In this document: in pieces, positions 1 to 9,338 of the stretch
Position numbering within the stretch: position 1 is the first letter of the stretch
How the letters are laid out: every line of letters begins with the position of its first letter
IMG/VR virus record: IMGVR_UViG_3300043414_000784
Coordinates: 1 to 58,328 of that record
DNA: 58,328 nt
Source: a virus
Lineage: Duplodnaviria; Caudoviricetes
Reading direction: 5' to 3' (one strand)
Notes under the pieces: model-generated
Seen by the model: the letters and a program-made list of their open reading frames with translations, nothing else
Databases searched by the model: none
What the model was told of the DNA's origin: nothing
Position numbers and translations under genes: made by a program

Positions 1-127
1 TTTACCACGAAGTCCTGCTGCCCACGGTCAACAAGTTCGAAGCATACAAAGAATATCACAAAGCATTCCTCGACCTGGTCTGGCATGTCCGTGAGATGCG
101 CATGGAAGGTATCCACATCGACAACCC
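1..127. repeat. Terminal direct repeat (copy 1); circular assembly overlap
   Basis: Identical to 58202-58328; the polymerase ORF reads through the join, giving a 58,201-bp circle. Confidence 0.95.
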
Positions 128-1601
128 ACAACTCACTGCCTACAACCACGAACTACAAAAGCGAATCAAAGAGAAACGAACTATATTCCTGATGCACTCA
201 AACGTCAGACCACACGTAAACGAGTTTAACAAAGCAGTGTACACTCAGGAAGTTACCGAGAAGGAACCATCTAAATTTAAGAAGGGTGATGAATTAGGTA
301 ACGAGCCTGCGAAATTTAAGAAGGACGGTGGCCTCTCCCAGAACTGGGTGAAGTGGGACACACGCCGCCAGGAACTAGAGAGTAAAGTTCCCGAGGTCTC
401 ACAGACCTGGCTTAACTGGGAGAAGAAGAACCAGACTTATAACCTAGCACGTACTACATTCTTTCAACACGAACCGGAGGTGGACCTTGGACTCTTCAAC
501 TTACAATCGTCAAAGCACAAGCAATGGCTCTTCTACGAGGCGCTCTCGTTCGAAGTCAAAGTCTACACAAGTAACGAAAATAATCCGCAGCCTGCTGTTG
601 ACGAGGAAGCTCTTCAGGGGTTTGGTGAAGAAGGAAAACTCCTGATTGCACTGAACGAAGACGTCAAGCTACAGTCCATGGTTCAGTCCTGCCTCGACAA
701 GCTAGACGGCAATCTCCTGCGTGTCGGCCTGAAATGCCCAGGCACATACACAGGCAGACTCGGTGGCTCGGATGGACTCAACGTGCAGAACGTACCGAAG
801 GACGTAGGCTACCTATCCTGCTGGACACCACCGCCCGGATACAAACTGCTTATCCTAGACTTCGCCTCGCTCGAACCGCACGTCCTGGCTGCAGCCTCGC
901 TCGACCCTACACTCATGCGTATCTATGGACCCGAGTCTACAGGTTGGGATTGCATCTACCTGTCAGTCGGTGCCCAGCTAGGCGGAGATGTAGAACGACG
1001 TATCCGTGCAGTAGGCTATGACCCTTTGAGTAACACCAAGGAGTCGGTTGCCTACGCTAAGAAGGAAGCTAAGGATGCAAGGCAGATTGCAAAGGTCATT
1101 CACCTTGCAGCAAGCTACGGAGCAGGAGCAGGAAAGATTGCGCAGTCACTTGGTATCTCCTACGAGGAAGCCAAAGAGATGCACACAAAGTACTGGCAAC
1201 TCTTCGCCAAGGTAAAGCAGTACGAGACGTTCTTGCAGACACAATGGGAGCGCAACGAAGGTTGGATTCTCAATCCTATCGGACGCCCTCTCGCTGTTGC
1301 ACAGGACTACCTGCGTGACGTAGTTAACCGGTCTATCCAGTCCGGCGGCCACGACTGCTTTGTTCTGTATCTCAGCATCCTATCCGACTGCCTACGTGTG
1401 AATGGTATTGCATACAAGCCTTACATCTGGGACCTGCACGACGCTGTCATGCTCACAGTCCCGGAAGACCAGGTCGAGGACGCCGTGCATATTATGGACC
1501 ACACAGCAATGAACTTGCTTAACGAGAAACTCGGCGGTAAGGTTAAACTGAAGGGAGAAACAAATGTCGTCGACAACTGGGCAGCAGATAAGTTCGGGTA
1601 A
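1..1601 (+). CDS. polA: Family A DNA polymerase, polymerase domain
   Basis: TGRL, motif A LDFASLEPH, motif B RQIAKVIHLAASYGAG, N-x-x-IQS and motif C LHDA. Confidence 0.93.
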   Translation, partial: YHEVLLPTVNKFEAYKEYHKAFLDLVWHVREMRMEGIHIDNPQLTAYNHELQKRIKEKRTIFLMHSNVRPHVNEFNKAVYTQEVTEKEPSKFKKGDELGNEPAKFKKDGGLSQNWVKWDTRRQELESKVPEVSQTWLNWEKKNQTYNLARTTFFQHEPEVDLGLFNLQSSKHKQWLFYEALSFEVKVYTSNENNPQPAVDEEALQGFGEEGKLLIALNEDVKLQSMVQSCLDKLDGNLLRVGLKCPGTYTGRLGGSDGLNVQNVPKDVGYLSCWTPPPGYKLLILDFASLEPHVLAAASLDPTLMRIYGPESTGWDCIYLSVGAQLGGDVERRIRAVGYDPLSNTKESVAYAKKEAKDARQIAKVIHLAASYGAGAGKIAQSLGISYEEAKEMHTKYWQLFAKVKQYETFLQTQWERNEGWILNPIGRPLAVAQDYLRDVVNRSIQSGGHDCFVLYLSILSDCLRVNGIAYKPYIWDLHDAVMLTVPEDQVEDAVHIMDHTAMNLLNEKLGGKVKLKGETNVVDNWAADKFG

Positions 1602-1893
1602 TCTAATTGGTGTAGGCCTTCGCCTTGAAATCCTAGACCTGTTCGCCTCCTTGATTGTGCATCCGCTTAACTGGTATGCACCTAGGCTTGGCTACAACAA
1701 GTACTCCTGGGCTCTGACCATCGGACCTATTACACTCACTCAGGTTGATTATAAGAAGTACAGAAATTTGTTGGACGAACAGCAGCAGTCTGCGGCTAAA
1801 GAGTTAACCAAGGTACTCGAGAAGCTCGAAGGAGTTAGCGAGTCTGCCAAGGGTAAGCTTAAGGACCTCACTTCGGTGGAGAAGAAGAAATGA
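1564..1893 (+). CDS. Hypothetical protein
   Basis: Overlaps the polA end and is coupled to the next gene. Confidence 0.6.
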   Translation: MSSTTGQQISSGNLIGVGLRLEILDLFASLIVHPLNWYAPRLGYNKYSWALTIGPITLTQVDYKKYRNLLDEQQQSAAKELTKVLEKLEGVSESAKGKLKDLTSVEKKK

Positions 1894-2165
1894 ACAAGGA
1901 AATCCTGGATGAAGTATTAGACGAGTTTGACTTTGAGAAAGTCCACAAGGTCATGGTGGCACTTGATTGGGAGTGGACAAACGGTGTGCCAACAATCGGC
2001 GACCTTCGTCGAACAGCAAGGGAGCTACTTAACGACCTTATTCGAGGTAAACTTCGCGGTCTAGGTACCGGGGGACTCTATGCCTACATGGAGAACGGTC
2101 TAATAGGTCTTCGGTTTGAAGTCACCAACTGGGAAGTCGAAGTAGAAAAAGGCATAGGGCAATGA
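1890..2165 (+). CDS. Hypothetical phage protein
   Basis: ATGA overlaps with both neighbours. Confidence 0.75.
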   Translation: MNKEILDEVLDEFDFEKVHKVMVALDWEWTNGVPTIGDLRRTARELLNDLIRGKLRGLGTGGLYAYMENGLIGLRFEVTNWEVEVEKGIGQ

Positions 2166-2713
2166 CTCTTATAAAGCATACAAGAATAAAGCAGAGCAAG
2201 GGAGCCATGGACGCTATACTGCATGGCCGCGTCATAGCTATCGACCCTGCGTCCGGGGCTGCATCCAACCCAGGCTATTGCATTATGGAAGGCGGGGTCA
2301 TTCAGGAGTATGGAATACTCAAGATACCGCGTGCTAAGACTATTAACCTTAGACTGAAGGCAATCCATGAAACCATCCGCGATGAACTTCCGGAAGCAGA
2401 CATACTTATCATTGAAGATATACCACTCTTCTTTCTCAAAAAGTTTCCTCATTCGTGTAAGCCTTTGCTCTTTTCATGTGGCGTTATCATGGCGGCAAAG
2501 CCTTGGCCTTTTGTACTACCCATCCAGCCTCTCGTTTGGTACTCGGTAGTAGATAAAATTATACCGGGCAAAAGGGCAGCTTATGATAAGAAGGACGAGC
2601 ACGATGCCCTGATGCTTGCAGTCACGGCCTATGTTCTAGCAGCTAAGCCCCTGAAACATCCTAAAGAAATTATACTTCCCTCCGGTCTTGACATTACCCG
2701 TCTGACTAAGTAA
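2162..2713 (+). CDS. RuvC-like Holliday junction resolvase
   Basis: RNase H-fold acidic motifs IAIDP, LIIED and DEHDA. Confidence 0.75.
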   Translation: MTLIKHTRIKQSKGAMDAILHGRVIAIDPASGAASNPGYCIMEGGVIQEYGILKIPRAKTINLRLKAIHETIRDELPEADILIIEDIPLFFLKKFPHSCKPLLFSCGVIMAAKPWPFVLPIQPLVWYSVVDKIIPGKRAAYDKKDEHDALMLAVTAYVLAAKPLKHPKEIILPSGLDITRLTK

Positions 2714-2754
2714 TCATAAAAATCCGATTAACCACCTACCAGGAGAACTTCAGG

Positions 2755-4599
2755 ATGAGTCTTCTCGCCGACATCGCTATCCTTCGTACCTACTCTGCTC
2801 TCAAGAAAAATGGAGTAAAGGAAACTTGGAAAGAAGTAGTAGACCGCTACCAGCAATGCCTCATTGATTCCACACCAAACTGGGTACACGACAACATTGT
2901 ATCCGCTTGCCAGCTAGTCCACGAAAAGAAAGTCCTACCCTCGATGCGCTTCCTGCAATTCGCAGGCGAGGGCATCCAGCGTGAGAACATCCGTGGTTAC
3001 AACTGTAGCTACCTGCCTATCATAGACCACAAAGCTTTCGCAGAAGTGTTCTACATTCTGATGTGCGGCACGGGTGTTGGCTACTCTGTGCAACGCCATC
3101 ACATTGGACAACTCCATGCCGTCTCGGCCGGCTCCTCCGAAGAGCTGCTCGTCATACCGGACAGCAAAGAAGGATGGGCAGACTCGATTGCTGCACTGCT
3201 TCGCAACCCGGATATCCGTTTTGACTACTCCCTTATCCGCAGGGCCGGCTCGCGTCTGTCCACGGGCGGTACTGCATCCGGACCTGACTCCCTTGTCAAG
3301 GCTCACGGAAACGTCAAGCGCATCCTACGGGGTGCCACTGGGCGCAAATTAAGCAGCCTAGAGGTACACGACGTGGTCTGCCACATCGCAGATGTAGTCG
3401 TTGTAGGCGGTGTCAGACGTGCTGCACTTATCTCCTTATTCGACAGGGACAACGAAGAGATGCTTACCTGTAAGAGCGGACAGTGGTGGGAGACTGCACC
3501 ACAAAGAGCCAGGGCTAACAACTCTGCAGTCCTGCCACACAGTGAAGTTACAAAGGAAGAGTTCGACAATATCATGCAACGCGCCTATGCATCCTATGCA
3601 GGGGAGCCTGGAATCTTCTGGACAACAGACCCGGAAAACAATATGGGGACAAACCCATGTGCCGAGATTGCCCTGAACCCTTTCCAGTTCTGCAACCTCA
3701 CAACCGTAAACTTCAGTGCAGTGGAAAACACTCATGACTTCCTGACTGCTGTGTCTGCTGCTACTAGGCTTGGCACAATCCAGGCAAGCTTTACAAACTT
3801 TGGTTACATCAGACCACAGTGGCAGAAGCAGACAGAAGAGGAAGCACTGCTTGGTGTCAGCATGACCGGATTGGCAGCCAACGGTAAACTGTTTACGCGC
3901 TTCTTGCAGGACGATATATTCAGCAGAGCAGCCAGGCTGGCCAACGATGTGAACCACTTTGTTGCGCTGGACCTGGGTATTAAACAAGCAGCCCGTGTGA
4001 CTACCATTAAACCAGAGGGAACTACTTCGACCTGCCTAGATACGACGTCAGGGGTACACTCTGCACACTCGGAGTACTACCTACGGCGTATCAGGATTGA
4101 CAAAGACCAGGAACTAGCGCAGTATCTAAGTCTACAACTCGGGTCTGACTATATCGAGACAGACAAGTTTAATCCACAGAACCTAGTTGTAAGCGTACCT
4201 ATGCAACTAAAAGGTGCCATCACTCGAGAAGACGAAACCGCTTCTACCTTCTTCCAGAACGTACTAGCACTTCGCGAGCAGTGGGTTTTGCCGGGACACA
4301 ATGCAGGATGGAACACGCACAACATATCCTGCACTGTGTCTTACAAAGCCTCCGAGACTGAAACCTTGCAGAAGCTAATGTGGGAAAACCGGCACAACTA
4401 CAACGGCATTTCTATTCTGCCGCACGACGGGGGAACGTATGTTCAGGCGCCTTTTGAATCTGTGTCGAGAGAAACCTACGAATATCTTAGCTCTAATCTT
4501 CCTCCTCTTGACCTTTACGGTGTACGTTATGCACAAAACCAAGGCGATGATAGAGTTAGCATTCTGGCCTGCGCCGGTGGGGCTTGTGAAATAACGTAG
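2755..4599 (+). CDS. nrdJ: Class II (adenosylcobalamin-dependent) ribonucleotide reductase
   Basis: PSMR, YNCSY, GGVRRAALIS, NPCAEI, TTIKPEGTTS and C-terminal CAGGACE; AGGAG RBS; no NrdB gene seen. Confidence 0.92.
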   Translation: MSLLADIAILRTYSALKKNGVKETWKEVVDRYQQCLIDSTPNWVHDNIVSACQLVHEKKVLPSMRFLQFAGEGIQRENIRGYNCSYLPIIDHKAFAEVFYILMCGTGVGYSVQRHHIGQLHAVSAGSSEELLVIPDSKEGWADSIAALLRNPDIRFDYSLIRRAGSRLSTGGTASGPDSLVKAHGNVKRILRGATGRKLSSLEVHDVVCHIADVVVVGGVRRAALISLFDRDNEEMLTCKSGQWWETAPQRARANNSAVLPHSEVTKEEFDNIMQRAYASYAGEPGIFWTTDPENNMGTNPCAEIALNPFQFCNLTTVNFSAVENTHDFLTAVSAATRLGTIQASFTNFGYIRPQWQKQTEEEALLGVSMTGLAANGKLFTRFLQDDIFSRAARLANDVNHFVALDLGIKQAARVTTIKPEGTTSTCLDTTSGVHSAHSEYYLRRIRIDKDQELAQYLSLQLGSDYIETDKFNPQNLVVSVPMQLKGAITREDETASTFFQNVLALREQWVLPGHNAGWNTHNISCTVSYKASETETLQKLMWENRHNYNGISILPHDGGTYVQAPFESVSRETYEYLSSNLPPLDLYGVRYAQNQGDDRVSILACAGGACEIT

Positions 4600-4645
4600 A
4601 CTTGGCTGTATGGCCAAGTTAAACTAACAGTCGGAGGTGCTTACC

Positions 4646-4972
4646 ATGCCCACAACTGTAGTTGTTCTCGGCTCTAACTATGCAAGAATAGTGACAGACC
4701 AGGGGGATGAATATGAGTTCTACGGCGAGGAAGACGGACGACCCGTCCTTATCGAAGGCTGCATCGAAACGCTCCGCGAAATCGCAGCGAGATATTCTGG
4801 ACTATTTCCCGGGGACGCCCCGCCCTGGCCAGGCCTCCTTGCTCCGTCAACTACAGGAATCTTGGGACAAGGCGGACGTTTTTGTTCTCGACGCACCAGT
4901 CGCCTTCGGCAAGACTCTCGTAGGGATGACGATAGCCCGGTGGGCTGGAAAAGCTCACATCGCTCTGCCTAA
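4646..4972 (+). CDS. Hypothetical protein overlapping the helicase 5' end
   Basis: GGAGGT RBS before ATG 4646; overlaps the helicase in another frame. Confidence 0.4.
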   Translation: MPTTVVVLGSNYARIVTDQGDEYEFYGEEDGRPVLIEGCIETLREIAARYSGLFPGDAPPWPGLLAPSTTGILGQGGRFCSRRTSRLRQDSRRDDDSPVGWKSSHRSA

Positions 4973-6287
4973 CAATATGCTCGTACAACAAATGAAAGAG
5001 TCGTTTCCACAGGTGTCATGCTTGGAACGGAAAGACTCTTATCGCTGCCAGTCCTATCGTGAGGAGGTCGACCTTTCCTATGCTAACTGCGGAAGCCACA
5101 AAAGCCGCACCAATGAATACTGTACAGGCTGTCCCTACTTGGCTGCGACAAGGGCGGCTTATGCGAGACCAGTATCCGTATCCAATTACCATGTCTACAT
5201 GGCTTACAAACTGTACAAGCCAACTGTCATTATCGACGAAGCGCATCTTATGGTTCCGCTCGTGCAGGAGCTCGAAGGGCGGAAGGTATGGACGCAAGAA
5301 ATTGGGCTACCACACTTTGTTGATACATATTCTAAACTGCGGGACTGGCTCAAGAAAAACCCAAAGATAGTAGAGACTAGGCCTGCCCTGCAATCTATTC
5401 TAAAAGACCTGGATGCAGGGACCGAGCACTACCTTGTAAAGCGCAGCGAAGAGAAGTGGCGTAACGAGGAGAGGGACTGCCTGTCCTTGTTGCCCATCGA
5501 CACGTCGCACTCGCAGAAGGCTGCTATGCTTTGGCCAATCCAGAAAGTTAAGAAGCTCGTACTCATGAGCGCGACTATCTCTGAGATGGACGTTAGGCAG
5601 CTTGCACTGATGGGCAAACGAGTTAAGTACATCTACGGTGAGAGTCCAATCCCGAAGGAGCGTAGGCCTATCCTGTCCGGAGAAGTATACAACTGCTCGG
5701 CCAACTATCCCTACACATCCCAGGGACTGCAGCCGATGGTGGATAAACTGAAGGCTATGTTACAAAGCACTCACTTCTTAAGAACGACGAAGGGTTTGAT
5801 ACACACTCCCTACAGCATGGCCACGGTTATAGGACCAATGCTTCGCGCTGCATTGCCTAACCATGAAATACTTGTCCACGATTCGCGGAACAAACAAGAA
5901 GTCTTTCAGAAATTCAGGAACTCTAACAAGGCCTGCATTCTCGTAGGCTCTGGAATGTGGGAAGGCCTGGACCTGCTTGGCTACGAATATGGATGGCAGG
6001 TTGTTGCCAAGCTTCCCTTCCCTTCTTTGGGTGACCCTGCATGGAAATACATTGCAGAGAGCGAACCAGAGAGGTATGCGTGGGCTACGGCAAAGACTTT
6101 GCTTCAAGGTTTTGGTCGTATCTGTCGCGGCCCTGTTGACTTTGGAATGACAATTGTTCTTGACAAGACGTTTGAGAACTTCTACTTTCGCCAAGCGTCC
6201 ATCTTTCCACCGTATATCCGCGAGGCAATCGAGTATGGCAAAGGTCTACACGTGGAAGGAGCAGTTAGAAAAAGGGATGAAGGCTGA
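4713..6287 (+). CDS. DinG/Rad3-like SF2 helicase with probable Fe-S cluster
   Basis: Q motif PRPGQ, APVAFGKT, Cys cluster (YRC..NC..CTGCPY), DEAH, MSAT, WEGLD, LPFP and QGFGRICR. Confidence 0.88.
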   Translation: MSSTARKTDDPSLSKAASKRSAKSQRDILDYFPGTPRPGQASLLRQLQESWDKADVFVLDAPVAFGKTLVGMTIARWAGKAHIALPNNMLVQQMKESFPQVSCLERKDSYRCQSYREEVDLSYANCGSHKSRTNEYCTGCPYLAATRAAYARPVSVSNYHVYMAYKLYKPTVIIDEAHLMVPLVQELEGRKVWTQEIGLPHFVDTYSKLRDWLKKNPKIVETRPALQSILKDLDAGTEHYLVKRSEEKWRNEERDCLSLLPIDTSHSQKAAMLWPIQKVKKLVLMSATISEMDVRQLALMGKRVKYIYGESPIPKERRPILSGEVYNCSANYPYTSQGLQPMVDKLKAMLQSTHFLRTTKGLIHTPYSMATVIGPMLRAALPNHEILVHDSRNKQEVFQKFRNSNKACILVGSGMWEGLDLLGYEYGWQVVAKLPFPSLGDPAWKYIAESEPERYAWATAKTLLQGFGRICRGPVDFGMTIVLDKTFENFYFRQASIFPPYIREAIEYGKGLHVEGAVRKRDEG

Positions 6288-6681
6288 AGAGTTATTCCTG
6301 GACCTCTGCCACCTAAAGCTCACCAAGTCCGACACTCGAGACTACGACTTTGTCACCCGGGATGGGCGTAGAGTAGAACTCAAGACAGACTTCTATGGTG
6401 AGTTGCGTTCCGAGAACTTCTTTATCGAGCGTTGGTCTGTCGTAGAACAGGATAAGCCCGGCGGTCCTTGGCAAAGCAAGGATAAGAAGGTCGACCTGTT
6501 CATATATCTCTATGCAGACACCGGGGCTTACTACGTATTCAACGACCTAAAGACCCTATGCAAGACAGTGGAAAAGCTAGACTTGCCGCTCATGCTTGTG
6601 AAGAACAAGGGATACAACGGCGGTGGCTATAAAGTTCCAAGGGAAGAGATTAGGCATCTTTGTAGGAGATACGGGGGATGA
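6235..6681 (+). CDS. PD-(D/E)XK-type endonuclease
   Basis: G..AE, YDF, VELKTD and FIE pattern; start chosen at MAKVYTW. Confidence 0.65.
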   Translation: MAKVYTWKEQLEKGMKAEELFLDLCHLKLTKSDTRDYDFVTRDGRRVELKTDFYGELRSENFFIERWSVVEQDKPGGPWQSKDKKVDLFIYLYADTGAYYVFNDLKTLCKTVEKLDLPLMLVKNKGYNGGGYKVPREEIRHLCRRYGG

Positions 6682-6878
6682 GTAGAGAGGATTGCATCGC
6701 TGAGGTAAAACAGTATATCGAGGGAGCGTACGATGCTGGAAAAGAAACAGAGTTCCTGGCGGCGTTTATCTCAATGCTCGGCACTGACCCAGATGCTATT
6801 GCTTCTGTTTTTTATATGGCTTATCTGGAGTCCGTCGAGGGAGCAACAGGAACTGGAGCTGTGAGGATTATCAAATGA
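6678..6878 (+). CDS. Hypothetical protein
   Basis: ATGA-coupled ORF. Confidence 0.6.
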   Translation: MSREDCIAEVKQYIEGAYDAGKETEFLAAFISMLGTDPDAIASVFYMAYLESVEGATGTGAVRIIK

Positions 6879-7381
6879 AAAGCATGCTTGTGTTGTTTTT
6901 ATTGGGTGCCTGCGCTGCCTGTGGTACTACCGACAGCCTTACTACCACCACACAACCCAAACCACCAGAGCAAAGTACTTACATTGACAAGGACTTGCAG
7001 CGTTTTGTCGACGACTTCATGCGTGACTGCGAGGCCAGACGCACAGACTGCGCTGAGAAAATGAGCCAGATTGATAGTATCCGCGTTACGGTAATACCGG
7101 ACCTGGACACAAAAGATAACGAGTATGTAATTGGTCTTTGCTACGACAGGCCATTTAATAGGTACATCGAGATAAACAAAGAGATAATGAATAAATCTGA
7201 CTGGTATATCAAGACCTTGCTGTACCATGAGATTGGTCACTGCGCCTATGACCTGGACCATGACGAGCAGGAAAACACCATGATGTCTCCGCTTATCCCG
7301 CCGCTCTACATAATAATCCGAGACTGGCAGCTCATGCTTGGCGACTTCTTTTCTGCCATATATGAAAAACATGGTGACTGA
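6875..7381 (+). CDS. Putative lipoprotein zinc metallopeptidase (metzincin-like)
   Basis: Hydrophobic signal with lipobox-like LGAC/AAC; HEIGHCAYDLDH; Met-turn-like TMMSP. Confidence 0.75.
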   Translation: MKSMLVLFLLGACAACGTTDSLTTTTQPKPPEQSTYIDKDLQRFVDDFMRDCEARRTDCAEKMSQIDSIRVTVIPDLDTKDNEYVIGLCYDRPFNRYIEINKEIMNKSDWYIKTLLYHEIGHCAYDLDHDEQENTMMSPLIPPLYIIIRDWQLMLGDFFSAIYEKHGD

Positions 7382-7422
7382 TTACAGTGCCTTCGTTATA
7401 ATACCGGCGGAGGCTACCCGTT

Positions 7423-7731
7423 ATGAAACTCATAGATAGACTTTGTAAAAACTGTGGACATTCCGACGAGTACTTGCGCGACCGTACTGAGGAAGGCCCT
7501 TGGAAGTGCGAGTCCTGCGAAGTAGACGCTATGGTCGAGACTCTCCTGACCGCGCCTCGCATCCGGGACTCCAACTCTGCATCCTATTTAGACGGGACTC
7601 GTAGGTCTGGGTCCTTCTATGAACTCAAAGAAGCTAACAAACTAAAGCAGTCACTGCAAAGCCTGCGCCCGGAAGACCGGAAAGAGTTGAAGAAAGAGAT
7701 TGTCAAACTAGGGGGAACCACGGATGTCTAA
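7423..7731 (+). CDS. FmdB-like zinc-ribbon protein
   Basis: CKNC...CESC followed by ..TAP; GGAGG RBS. Confidence 0.6.
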   Translation: MKLIDRLCKNCGHSDEYLRDRTEEGPWKCESCEVDAMVETLLTAPRIRDSNSASYLDGTRRSGSFYELKEANKLKQSLQSLRPEDRKELKKEIVKLGGTTDV

Positions 7732-7963
7732 GGACGACCCGTTTCATTTTGCTATTGGGTTAGATTTTGCCGTGCAGATAATACGCGGGGATGAAGCCCA
7801 ATGGTCGACGGTAATGGACTGGGTCACTCTGGAAACTGCGCTTAGTAATTGTAGAAAACTGGCCCAAGAAGGCTTTATGCGTAAGATAAGATGCGTCAAG
7901 AAGAGTAGGTACTCGCCATATCCTATCTGCTCGGTGCATTACTACCGGGAGAACAAGCAATGA
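7724..7963 (+). CDS. Hypothetical protein
   Basis: Coupled ORF with GGGGG RBS. Confidence 0.55.
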   Translation: MSKDDPFHFAIGLDFAVQIIRGDEAQWSTVMDWVTLETALSNCRKLAQEGFMRKIRCVKKSRYSPYPICSVHYYRENKQ

Positions 7964-8409
7964 TAAAGGAATACTGGAAAGAGATAGCCATCCTTGGCCT
8001 GTGTGGAGTCGTCCTGTCTTCACATTTTGGTCCGCTCAGGCCAAAGCCAGAGACGGTTACGCGGGTACAGGTACAATACCGCGACCGGGTACAGACAGTC
8101 TATAAAGATAAGATTGTCTACAGGGAGAAAATCATAATCAAGCCCGACGGGACTCGCATCGAAGAGAAGGAAACTTCACAGACAGAAACTAGCAAGCAAG
8201 AGCGTACCAAAGAAGAGAAGCATGAAAAAGTGATAGTCGAAAAGCAACCGAAGCCTCGCTTTCTGTTGGGCGTAACCTACGATATAGTCAATGCACAGTA
8301 CAATGGACAGACCGGGATACGCATAGCCGACTTGCCTTTCCACATTATAGTATCATTGCACGGTCCTAGGCTAGGCTTAGGCCTTGGGCTCAGCGTTGAG
8401 ATTCGCTAA
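7960..8409 (+). CDS. Membrane-anchored protein, possible spanin-like lysis accessory
   Basis: N-terminal TM segment, V/K/Y-rich periplasmic stretch, beta-rich C-terminus; adjacent to the endolysin. Confidence 0.45.
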   Translation: MIKEYWKEIAILGLCGVVLSSHFGPLRPKPETVTRVQVQYRDRVQTVYKDKIVYREKIIIKPDGTRIEEKETSQTETSKQERTKEEKHEKVIVEKQPKPRFLLGVTYDIVNAQYNGQTGIRIADLPFHIIVSLHGPRLGLGLGLSVEIR

Positions 8410-8931
8410 AAGCCAAGCCCGCACTAACTCCGCTTCCTTAGCCCGGCGCTTTACAAGCCCGGGTCTTACCCTACCACCCGCCTTATTAAACCCCTGCATC
8501 TCCTCGATAGCATCTTCCCAACGCCCTTCTTGAAATGCCTTGTACGACCTAGACTGCTCGAATGCACCCTTGCCTATATTGAAGACCAAGGAAACAAGAC
8601 CTGCACACGGAGGAACTCCGCGCTTCTGCAACCACTGCAGTTCTTCTTGAACGCGAAACGACAACCAGAAAAGCTCTTGGTCTTTCGTGGTCACACTTCC
8701 TGCAAGTACATCTGGACCGGTTCTACCAAAGCCGATTGTCCAAGGACTGCCACGTAAGATGTCCCAGCCTACTTGGCGCCTTGATGGTGCCTTGCGGAGC
8801 TCAATGCCAAGCGGAGAGAACGGGTCTGGATATGCCTTGGCCTCGAAGCCCTCCTCGTTCTTTATGATTTCAATTGACTTCTGCACGTCCTCGCTGGTAA
8901 TCTTGTATTGTCTTTTGTTGGAGGTAACCAT
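8377..8931 (-). CDS. Endolysin, GH24 phage lysozyme
   Basis: EEG...AYPD...WTIGFG, LVFNIG and GLVKRRAKE. Confidence 0.9.
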   Translation of the reverse strand: MVTSNKRQYKITSEDVQKSIEIIKNEEGFEAKAYPDPFSPLGIELRKAPSRRQVGWDILRGSPWTIGFGRTGPDVLAGSVTTKDQELFWLSFRVQEELQWLQKRGVPPCAGLVSLVFNIGKGAFEQSRSYKAFQEGRWEDAIEEMQGFNKAGGRVRPGLVKRRAKEAELVRAWLLANLNAEPKA

Positions 8932-8933
8932 AT

Positions 8934-9338
8934 ATGTCAGCCCTTGTTGATGTTAGAGAACACACTGCCAGACATTCCTATCTAGGCCTAGACCCAGCTC
9001 CTGGAATCGTAGGCAAGAACGTAGCACGCAATCTAGGATACAGACTTTCTGGAATCAATGCTACCTATTTGACAGGACAAAAAGCAGGCGAGGCTATCGA
9101 AGGGACAGTCGTCAAGGCTAACCAGATAGTACAGTTGAACTTTGGTACTGTTTCTCCGAGCCGGTACGAAGCTCTTATAACCTACAATCCTACCTTAGCA
9201 AGCTATGCAAACGTAGTTACTGCTCCGATTATGTCACACGGAGATGGTCCACAACCGCTCGTAGTAACCTTGATAGCATTCCGCCAGTTTGACCTGGCAG
9301 AAGTGCCTTGGTTTGTTACGCTACATCTACTCGATTAA
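8934..9338 (+). CDS. Degenerate dUTPase-fold-like protein
   Basis: GGAGGT RBS; beta-strand pattern follows the dUTPase/dCTP deaminase fold but catalytic motifs are absent. Confidence 0.4.
   Translation: MSALVDVREHTARHSYLGLDPAPGIVGKNVARNLGYRLSGINATYLTGQKAGEAIEGTVVKANQIVQLNFGTVSPSRYEALITYNPTLASYANVVTAPIMSHGDGPQPLVVTLIAFRQFDLAEVPWFVTLHLLD

Noticed and set aside
96-1601. Exonuclease-less 501-aa polymerase
   Set aside because: The exonuclease domain is at 57634-58328 and is in frame across the join
2704-2730. Second sigma28 promoter upstream of nrdJ (CTAAG...TCCGATTA)
   Set aside because: Spacing is about 2 nt too short and both boxes are degenerate
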